The notes under the pieces were generated by a model that did no database searches, had not been told where the DNA came from, and saw nothing but the letters and a program-made list of their open reading frames with translations. Below, one piece after another: positions 56,271 to 63,478 of a DNA stretch of 64,000 bases. A program made the translations under genes and the position numbers. Within the stretch, counting starts at the first letter, position 1, and the number at the start of each line of letters is the position of its first letter. This stretch comes from an uncultured Alphaproteobacteria bacterium (GTDB taxonomy: Bacteria > Pseudomonadota > Alphaproteobacteria > HIMB59 > GCA-002718135), in NCBI GenBank assembly GCA_902602885.1, contig CACKSM010000001.1:17550-81549 (forward strand). Direction: 5' to 3'.

Positions 56271-57101
56271 ATGACAGCTGTAAATTTAAAAAAAATTTTA
56301 AATGATGCAAATAAAAATAATTATGCTGTAGCAGGTTTAGTTGTACTAGGCTGGGATGATGCCCTAGCTTTTACTCAAGCCGCTGATGAAACTGGAATTC
56401 CGATTATTTTGCAAGCTGGCCCTTCATGTAGAGCACATACACCAATTTCTATATTGGGAAAAATGTTTAGATACTTAGCAAGCCAAACAAAAACAAATAT
56501 TTGTTGTCATGTTGATCATGGATATACTTTAGATGAATGTTATGAAGGGATTGATAGTGGCTTTACATCTGTAATGTTTGACGGTTCTAAATTAACTTTA
56601 AAAGAAAATATAAAAATTAGTAAAAAAATTGCTTCAAGAGCTCACAAACATGATATTTCTGTTGAGGGAGAAATAGGTTTTGTAGGTTATGATAATGGTA
56701 AAATTTCAGAAGGTACTCATATTGAAGATGCAGTATCTTTTGCAAACAAAAGTAATATTGATGCAATGGCAATTTCGGTTGGTAATACACATTTACAAAC
56801 TTCAAAAAAAGCGAATATTGATTTCAACAAAATTAATTTAATTGAAGCAAAAACAAAAATCCCTTTAGTTCTCCATGGTAGTAGTGGCATTCCCATAGAG
56901 CAAAGAAAAAAACTAGCAAGAAAAACAAAAGTAGCAAAACTAAATATTGGTACTGAAATTAGAATGACATTTGGACAAGCTTTAAGAAAAAATCTCAAAA
57001 ATAATCCTAAAACATATGATAGATTGCAATTACTAAAACCAACGATTAAAGATTTAACAAAAGTTACAAAAAAAATTATAAAACAAATTGGCCCAAACTA
57101 A
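56271..57101 (+). CDS. iolJ: Class II (metal-dependent) ketose-bisphosphate aldolase family, IolJ-like
   Basis: YAVAGLVV, the HVDHG Zn ligands, EGEIGFVG and LVLHGSSGIP are present. 276 aa. Confidence 0.78.
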   Translation: MTAVNLKKILNDANKNNYAVAGLVVLGWDDALAFTQAADETGIPIILQAGPSCRAHTPISILGKMFRYLASQTKTNICCHVDHGYTLDECYEGIDSGFTSVMFDGSKLTLKENIKISKKIASRAHKHDISVEGEIGFVGYDNGKISEGTHIEDAVSFANKSNIDAMAISVGNTHLQTSKKANIDFNKINLIEAKTKIPLVLHGSSGIPIEQRKKLARKTKVAKLNIGTEIRMTFGQALRKNLKNNPKTYDRLQLLKPTIKDLTKVTKKIIKQIGPN

Positions 57102-57631
57102 TGGGGCAAATTTTTATTGCAGCACTTAAAGAAGAAACTCCAAATCTTAAAGATTTTCACTATTCAGGTGTGGGAAAGATTAATGCTACAATTAAAATTA
57201 TGGAATTAATTTCAAAATTTCAACCTAATGAAATAATTAATTATGGAACAGCTGGTTCAACAAAGCAAAACTTATCAGGATTAGTAGAATGCACGAAGTT
57301 TGTTCAAAGAGATATGGATGCAAGAGGTCTAATGAACTTTAAATTAGGTGAAACTCCTTTTGATCCTATATCAAAAATTACATATTCTAATGAGGGGTAT
57401 ATATGTGCATCAGGAGATAGTTTTGTTCAATCAACAGTAGAAATAGATTGTGATATTGTTGACATGGAAGCTTACTCTTTTGCTAAAGTATGCAAATTAT
57501 ACAATATTAGATTTAAATGTTTTAAATATATTTCAGATTATGCAAATGAAAATTCAAATGATGATTGGATTGATAATTGTTCAAAAGGAGCTAAATTATT
57601 TTCTGAAATATATCCTCAATTAAAAATATGA
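57101..57631 (+). CDS. Miniaturised MTA/SAH-nucleosidase-like protein (PNP_UDP_1 fold)
   Basis: At 176 aa it aligns block-wise with E. coli MtnN/Pfs: IFIAALKEE~IIGAMEEE, SGVGKINAT..EIINYGTAGS~SGIGKVAAA..VIINTGSAGG, ASGDSFV~VSGDAFI, VDMEAYSFAKVC..YISDYAN~VEMEATAIAHVC..AISDVAD. Confidence 0.7.
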   Translation: MGQIFIAALKEETPNLKDFHYSGVGKINATIKIMELISKFQPNEIINYGTAGSTKQNLSGLVECTKFVQRDMDARGLMNFKLGETPFDPISKITYSNEGYICASGDSFVQSTVEIDCDIVDMEAYSFAKVCKLYNIRFKCFKYISDYANENSNDDWIDNCSKGAKLFSEIYPQLKI

Positions 57632-58044
57632 TTTTAAAAATACTTGAAAAATTAGGAAGAAAAAAGATTGTATTGGACAGAGGTCCTTCGCATCCAGAAT
57701 TTGATAAGGCTAAACCATGGATGGAAAGATATTATTTATTATTTAGAAAAAGACCCAAATGGTTTCCATTTAATATCTTAATTCATAAAATGTTAGATGA
57801 TGATCATGGTGAAGGAGTTCATAATCATCTTTGTCCTTATATAACAATTATTTTAAAAGGAGGTTATTGGGAAACAACAAAAAAAGGAAAATTTTGGAGA
57901 CACCCTGGATACATTGGTTTTAGGTCTGCTGATCATCTGCACAGAGTTGACTTAAAACCTAATACAAACACAATGACATTATTTATTCCTGGACCTTTTG
58001 GTTTTAGAAAAACTAAAAGAGCTGATTATAAAACAAAAATATAA
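57628..58044 (+). CDS. Conserved hypothetical small protein with His-rich (HxH...H) beta-barrel-like motif
   Basis: 138 aa with RYYLLFR...FNILIHKML.DDHGEGVHNHLCPYITIILKGGYWE...FRSADHLHRV...TLFIPGP. This resembles a widespread uncharacterised family carrying LHDHPW...GGYWE...HR. There is an ATGA overlap with the upstream gene. Confidence 0.45.
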   Translation: MILKILEKLGRKKIVLDRGPSHPEFDKAKPWMERYYLLFRKRPKWFPFNILIHKMLDDDHGEGVHNHLCPYITIILKGGYWETTKKGKFWRHPGYIGFRSADHLHRVDLKPNTNTMTLFIPGPFGFRKTKRADYKTKI

Positions 58045-58057
58045 TTATTTACAAAAA

Positions 58058-58792
58058 TTAAATTGCTCCGTCGTATATTAACTTACATCCACTAAAAAAA
58101 AGTAAAACGTAAACAATATTAAAAAATAATTTTTCTGGAATTCTTTTTTGTAGAAAGTACCCAAGAAAAACACTAATAAAAGCTAGTGGCAGTAAATAGA
58201 GAGAAATCATAAGATTAGAAGGCGCTAATAATCCCACAAAATAATATGGAACTAATTTAACAAGATTTATAACCATAAATGCTAAGGTCATTGTTCCAAT
58301 AAATGAAATTTTATCTAGCTTTAAAGGTAGCATATAAAAATTAATTGGAGGATTTCCTGCATGAATTAAAAAACTTGTATATCCAGCAACAGATGACCAA
58401 AAGTATCCTTTAAGTTTTGTTGGTTTAAGTAAATAATTATTTTTCTGAATAAATGAAACTAAAACAAAAATAATTGATATAACACCAACCATTATTCTTA
58501 TCTGATCTTCGTTTGTAAACTCAAAAGTTAAAGTTCCAAATAAAATACCAATTATAGATGCTGGGATTACAATTTTTAAAATACTGTTTATCCATTTTTT
58601 CCAATACAAATAGATTGCCGAAAAATCCATTATTATTAAAAGTGGCAACAATATTCCTGCAGCTTGTAAAGGACTCATTGAAAACGACATAACTGGCACT
58701 GCTAACATCGCGATAGGTCCTGGAACACCACCTTTAGACAAACCAAATACAAATACTCCCAATGATGCAAAAATATAAAAATATAAATCCAT
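58058..58792 (-). CDS. TauE/SafE-family (DUF81) anion exporter-like membrane protein
   Basis: 244 aa with about 7-8 TM segments and the internal repeat architecture typical of TauE/SafE. It starts immediately after the metC stop. Confidence 0.78.
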   Translation of the reverse strand: MDLYFYIFASLGVFVFGLSKGGVPGPIAMLAVPVMSFSMSPLQAAGILLPLLIIMDFSAIYLYWKKWINSILKIVIPASIIGILFGTLTFEFTNEDQIRIMVGVISIIFVLVSFIQKNNYLLKPTKLKGYFWSSVAGYTSFLIHAGNPPINFYMLPLKLDKISFIGTMTLAFMVINLVKLVPYYFVGLLAPSNLMISLYLLPLAFISVFLGYFLQKRIPEKLFFNIVYVLLFFSGCKLIYDGAI

Positions 58793-59953
58793 TTAATTTA
58801 AAATTTTTAATGCATTTTTAATATCTTTTATTTGATCATCAATGTCTTCCAATCCACAATATAATCTAATTAAAGTTCCAGTATTTCTATTTTTAAACTC
58901 TCTTTTATCTAATGGAGGAAAGGTAATGAGACTATCAAATCCACCCCAGCTGTATCCCAATTTGAATATTTTAAGTTTGTTAAAAATTTTTTCAATTTGA
59001 TTGTTTGAATATTTCTTTTTTAGCATAAATGAAAATAAGCCTGTGCTACCAGAGAAATCTCTTTTCCATATTTTATGATTTTTTGTGTGCGGCAATGCTG
59101 GATGAAATACATCAGATACAAGATCATGATCGAGTAAATATTTTGCCATTAACAAAGCATTTTTTTCAATTTCTCTCATTCGAATTTCAAGTGTTGGCAA
59201 TCCTCTAATTGCTAAATAAACTTCTTCTGAACCAGGACATATGCCTAAAGTTTTTGAAGCTGTTCTTATTTTTTTGGAATATTTTTTATTAGACGAAACA
59301 AAACCAATTAATACATCTGAGTGGCCGTTTATATATTTAGTTCCAGCATCAATAATAATATCAATACCTAATTTAATTGGATTACAAAATAATGGTGAAG
59401 CCCAAGTATTATCCATAACAGTTGGTATTTTGTTTTTTTTAGCAATTTTTGTAATGAAAGGTATATCAATAATATCAAAAGTTGCTGTACCTGGAGATTC
59501 TAAATAAATTAGCTTAGTATTATTGTTAATTAATTTTTGAAAACCATTAATATTTTTTGTAGGATGAAAATATTTTATTTTAACATTATACCTTTTAAGA
59601 ATGTCTTCACAAAAAGTTCTAGTAGGACTATAAACACTATCATTTATTAAAACTTCATCACCAGATTTTAAAAAAGTAAAAAAAGGAATAACTATAGAGG
59701 CTAATCCTGATGGTGATAATACTGTATCATTGCAGTTATATAAAAAAGAAATACTGTCTTCTAACTGCTTATGAAATGGATTTTTATTTATTCCATAATA
59801 TGTTGTTCTATCATCAAAATTTTTAATATCGTTTAAGTAATCTTTATATGTATTAAAGATCATTGTAGAACCTTTATAGGTACCAGGGTTGATAAAACCT
59901 TTTTGTTTAAGAGGATTTCTGCCTATTTTGGTTAATTTTGTTTTTATTTTCAT
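58793..59953 (-). CDS. metC: Cystathionine beta-lyase (Cys/Met-metabolism PLP enzyme)
   Basis: It has a MetC-like N-terminus (TKIGRNP...GFINPGTYKGSTMIF), the PLP-Lys region (AGTKYINGHSDVL) and the C-terminal YSWGGFDSLI. I place the start at ATG 59953, not the TTG at 59959. Confidence 0.85.
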   Translation of the reverse strand: MKIKTKLTKIGRNPLKQKGFINPGTYKGSTMIFNTYKDYLNDIKNFDDRTTYYGINKNPFHKQLEDSISFLYNCNDTVLSPSGLASIVIPFFTFLKSGDEVLINDSVYSPTRTFCEDILKRYNVKIKYFHPTKNINGFQKLINNNTKLIYLESPGTATFDIIDIPFITKIAKKNKIPTVMDNTWASPLFCNPIKLGIDIIIDAGTKYINGHSDVLIGFVSSNKKYSKKIRTASKTLGICPGSEEVYLAIRGLPTLEIRMREIEKNALLMAKYLLDHDLVSDVFHPALPHTKNHKIWKRDFSGSTGLFSFMLKKKYSNNQIEKIFNKLKIFKLGYSWGGFDSLITFPPLDKREFKNRNTGTLIRLYCGLEDIDDQIKDIKNALKILN

Positions 59954-60114
59954 AAACAACTAAATATTGTATAAGCCTAAATCTTTATACACAAATTATA
60001 GTAGGCGATTTTAAGCTTAACAAATCTATTATTGGGATTAACTTATTAATTTGTTATAGGGAAGCAATCTTTGAAAAAAGATATTTAAATAATTATTTAA
60101 ACGGAGAAAATAAT

Positions 60115-61119
60115 ATGAAAAAACTATTATCTATCTTTGCAGTTGTAGCATTTGCTTTTTCAGCACATGCTGGAACTCTTGATGATGTTAAAAATAGAGG
60201 TTTTCTAAAATGTGGAGTAACAACTGGTCTTGCTGGTTTTGCTGCTCCAGATGATAGCGGTGAATGGGCTGGTCTAGATGCAGATATGTGTCGTGCAGTT
60301 GCTGTAGCTGTTTTTGGAGACCGTTCAAAAGTAGAATTTATTACTACTACAGGTAAATCTCGTTTCCCAACATTAGCTTCAGGTGAAGTTGATATGTTAG
60401 CGAGAAATACAACTTGGACAATTAGCCGTGATGTTAATCTTGGTTTTGAGTTCGTAGGTGTAAACTTCTACGATGGACAAGGTTTCATGGTTCCATCTGC
60501 TCTTGGTGTATCAAGTGCAACTGAGCTTGATGGTGCTACTGTATGTATCCAAACTGGTACTACTACAGAGTTAAACCTTGCTGACTTCTTTAGATTAAAT
60601 GGAATTAGCTACGAAGCACTTCCAATTGAAACTAATGATGAAGGTAAAGAAAACTTATTTGCTGGAAGATGTGACGTATACACAACTGATGCTTCAGGTC
60701 TTTCTTCAACAAGAGCTGCTGCTTCTAATCCAGATAAATGGGTTGTATTACCAGAAATTATTTCAAAAGAACCGCTTGGTCCACTTGTAAGACATGGTGA
60801 TCACCAGTGGGGTGACGTAGTTCGTTGGTCTTTAAATGCAATGATTATTGCTGAAGAACTAGGTATTACATCTGAAAACGTTGATGCTCAAATGAGCTCT
60901 AATGTTCCTGAAGTACTAAGACTTCTTGGTGTTGAAGGTAACTATGGAGAAATGCTTGAGCTAAGTAATGATTGGGCTTACCAAATTATCAAACAAATTG
61001 GTAACTACTCTGAATCTTACGAAGCAAACGTAGGTCCAGACACACCTCTAGAAATTGCAAGAGGTTTAAATGCTCTATGGACTCAAGGTGGTATTTTATA
61101 CGCACCTCCATTCAGATAA
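60115..61119 (+). CDS. aapJ: General L-amino-acid ABC transporter substrate-binding protein
   Basis: A signal peptide is followed by GTLDDVKNRGFLKCGV..GLAGFA and ...DMLARNTTWT.SRD. 334 aa, followed by aapQMP homologues (yhdWXYZ in SAR11 nomenclature). Confidence 0.9.
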   Translation: MKKLLSIFAVVAFAFSAHAGTLDDVKNRGFLKCGVTTGLAGFAAPDDSGEWAGLDADMCRAVAVAVFGDRSKVEFITTTGKSRFPTLASGEVDMLARNTTWTISRDVNLGFEFVGVNFYDGQGFMVPSALGVSSATELDGATVCIQTGTTTELNLADFFRLNGISYEALPIETNDEGKENLFAGRCDVYTTDASGLSSTRAAASNPDKWVVLPEIISKEPLGPLVRHGDHQWGDVVRWSLNAMIIAEELGITSENVDAQMSSNVPEVLRLLGVEGNYGEMLELSNDWAYQIIKQIGNYSESYEANVGPDTPLEIARGLNALWTQGGILYAPPFR

Positions 61120-61139
61120 ATCTTAATTAAATTTAAAAC

Positions 61140-61167
61140 GGGGGGTTTTAAACCCCCCATTTTTTTT
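61140..61167 (+). terminator. Intra-operon rho-independent terminator/attenuator between aapJ and aapQ
   Basis: G6 (61140-61145), loop TTTTAAA, C6 (61153-61158), then A followed by T8. Confidence 0.85.
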
Positions 61168-61180
61168 GTATATACAAGCA

Positions 61181-62344
61181 ATGCGATCTAACTTAGGTTT
61201 CTTTTCTGATGAAAAATTTAGATCCATTTTTTTTCAAACTTTAGTTGTAGGTTTATTTGCCTTAGGTTTGTTCTTTGTAATTACTACAACTTCTTACAAC
61301 TTAGAAAAAAGAAATATTGCGACTGGTTGGAGTTTTCTTCAAAATCCAGCTGGCTTTGATATAAGTTTTTCACCTTTTTTAGAATTTAAATCTACTGATA
61401 CTCACTTAAAAGTTTATTTTGTTGGTGTTTTAAATACTCTTTTAGTTTCTGTTACAGGATGTATAGCTGCAACAATTTTAGGCTTTATATTGGGTATAGT
61501 AAGGCTATCTTCAAATTGGTTGTTAAGTCGACTAGTTTATATTTACGTTGAATTTTCAAGAAATGTTCCTTTACTTCTTCAAATAATTTTATGGTATAGT
61601 ATATTAATTCAACTACCTCGTGTAAAGCAATCACTTCAAGTTCTTGATGTATTTTATATTTCAAACAGAGGATTGTATTCTCCAAGACCAATATTTGAAA
61701 GTGGATTTTCATATGTATCCATTGCAATTGTATTAGCTTTAATTTCAAGTTTCTTAATAAATAGATGGGCAAAAAAAAGACAAGATAAGACAGGCCAACA
61801 ATTCCCCGTATTCTCAAGTTCAATTGGATTAATATTCATTGTTCCATTAGTTTTATTTTTTATTCTTGGCTCACCTTTGTCTTTTGAGCATCCAGAATTA
61901 AAAGGTTTTAACTTTAAAGGTGGTCTAGTTATTAGACCTGAATTTATAGCAATGTTTTTAGCTTTATCAATTTACACTGCAGCCTTCATTTCTGAAATTG
62001 TTAGAGCGGGTATAATGTCTGTTTCAAAAGGACAAAGAGAGGCTTCAGCTGCTATAGGCTTAAAACAAACATGGATAATGAGACTAATCATTATACCCCA
62101 AGCCCTTAGAGTGATTGTCCCTCCACTAACAAGTCAGTATCTAAATTTAACTAAAAATTCTTCTTTAGGAATTGCTGTCGGATATGCTGACCTTGTTCAC
62201 GGTTTTGGAGGAATAAGTTTAAATCAAACTGGTCAAGCTATTGAATGTATGGCTATTGTTATGGCAACTTATCTGTCAATTAGTCTTACAATATCTTTCT
62301 TTATGAACATTTATAATAGAAGTATACAATTTAAGGAAAAGTAA
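61181..62344 (+). CDS. aapQ: General L-amino-acid ABC transporter permease
   Basis: A long N-terminal region is followed by the His/Glu/Gln/Arg-type permease core (SEIVRAGIMSVSKGQREASAAIGL). I place the start at ATG 61181. Confidence 0.88.
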   Translation: MRSNLGFFSDEKFRSIFFQTLVVGLFALGLFFVITTTSYNLEKRNIATGWSFLQNPAGFDISFSPFLEFKSTDTHLKVYFVGVLNTLLVSVTGCIAATILGFILGIVRLSSNWLLSRLVYIYVEFSRNVPLLLQIILWYSILIQLPRVKQSLQVLDVFYISNRGLYSPRPIFESGFSYVSIAIVLALISSFLINRWAKKRQDKTGQQFPVFSSSIGLIFIVPLVLFFILGSPLSFEHPELKGFNFKGGLVIRPEFIAMFLALSIYTAAFISEIVRAGIMSVSKGQREASAAIGLKQTWIMRLIIIPQALRVIVPPLTSQYLNLTKNSSLGIAVGYADLVHGFGGISLNQTGQAIECMAIVMATYLSISLTISFFMNIYNRSIQFKEK

Positions 62345-63477
62345 TGAACGAAATGAATGAAGTTAGAAAACCACCAGTAGCAACAACAGGTATTATTGGT
62401 TGGTTACGAATTAATTTATTCTTCAATTGGACAAACTCATTAATAACTCTATTTGTTGTTTATTGTTTGTATCAGTTTATTCCTTGGATTTTAGATTGGA
62501 CAATATTTTCAGCGGACTTTAAATATAATTATCTTGGTGAACAAATTACTAACCAAGAAATGTGTTCACGAAATTTAGATCCTGAAAATGGAGGAGCTTG
62601 TTGGGCAGTTATATATGTAAGGTTTTATCAATTTATTTATGGATTTTATCCAAAGGTTGAAGTTTGGAGAGTTAATTTAGCGTATATTATGCTAGCTTTT
62701 GCGCTGCTACCTCTTTTGTATGCAAAACTTCCATATAGAAAGTACTTCTTATATTTTACATATATTTTTCCTGTTATTGCTTATTTTTTACTTAATGGTG
62801 GATTGGGATTTACTGAAGTATCTACTAACAAATGGGGCGGTCTTCTAGTAACACTCGTCCTAGGCTGTACAGGAATTGCATTAGCTTTTCCTATTGGAAT
62901 TATGTTGGCTTTAGGCCGAAGATCTAAATTACCAGTTATAAGCATGATGTGTACATTGTTTATTGAGTTTATTAGAGGTGTTCCTCTTATAACTTTATTA
63001 TTCTTTGGAATGGTAATGCTTCCTCTTTTTTTACCAGAAGGAATAGATATGGATGGTTTGGTAAGAGTTCTTGTTGCAGTTACTTTATTTCAATCAGCTT
63101 ATATGGCAGAGGTTATAAGAGGAGGACTGCAGGCAATACCTCCTGGTCAATATGAAGCTGCTAAATCACTTGGGATGTCTTATTGGAGAATGAATTTATT
63201 AATAATACTTCCTCAAGCTATTAGAATTTCCATACCACCAATTGTCAACACATCTATTGGTTTATTTAAGGATACAACGTTAGTTATTATTGTAGGAATA
63301 TTAGATTTATTAGGTATTGGAAGAGGAACTTTAGCGGATACAAATTGGTTAGGTTTATCTTATGAAATTTACTTTTTTGTAAGTTTGGTTTTTTTTATAT
63401 TCACATTTGGAATGTCTAGATACAGTTTGTATTTGGAAAAGAAATTAAAAACAGGTATTAATATGGGGGCTGATTAA
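62344..63477 (+). CDS. aapM: General L-amino-acid ABC transporter permease
   Basis: AEVIRGGLQAIPPGQYEAAKSLGMSYW is the EAA loop. 377 aa, with a TAATG junction to aapQ. Confidence 0.88.
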   Translation: MNEMNEVRKPPVATTGIIGWLRINLFFNWTNSLITLFVVYCLYQFIPWILDWTIFSADFKYNYLGEQITNQEMCSRNLDPENGGACWAVIYVRFYQFIYGFYPKVEVWRVNLAYIMLAFALLPLLYAKLPYRKYFLYFTYIFPVIAYFLLNGGLGFTEVSTNKWGGLLVTLVLGCTGIALAFPIGIMLALGRRSKLPVISMMCTLFIEFIRGVPLITLLFFGMVMLPLFLPEGIDMDGLVRVLVAVTLFQSAYMAEVIRGGLQAIPPGQYEAAKSLGMSYWRMNLLIILPQAIRISIPPIVNTSIGLFKDTTLVIIVGILDLLGIGRGTLADTNWLGLSYEIYFFVSLVFFIFTFGMSRYSLYLEKKLKTGINMGAD

Positions 63478-63478
63478 A

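Noticed and set aside
53345-58044. A possible tRNA-Arg-associated integrated genomic island or prophage remnant.
   Set aside because: I saw no integrase, recombinase or phage genes, and I noticed no direct repeat of the tRNA 3' end at the distal boundary near 58045-58060. Composition is like the rest of the window. I treat the block as a chromosomal operon that happens to be adjacent to a tRNA.
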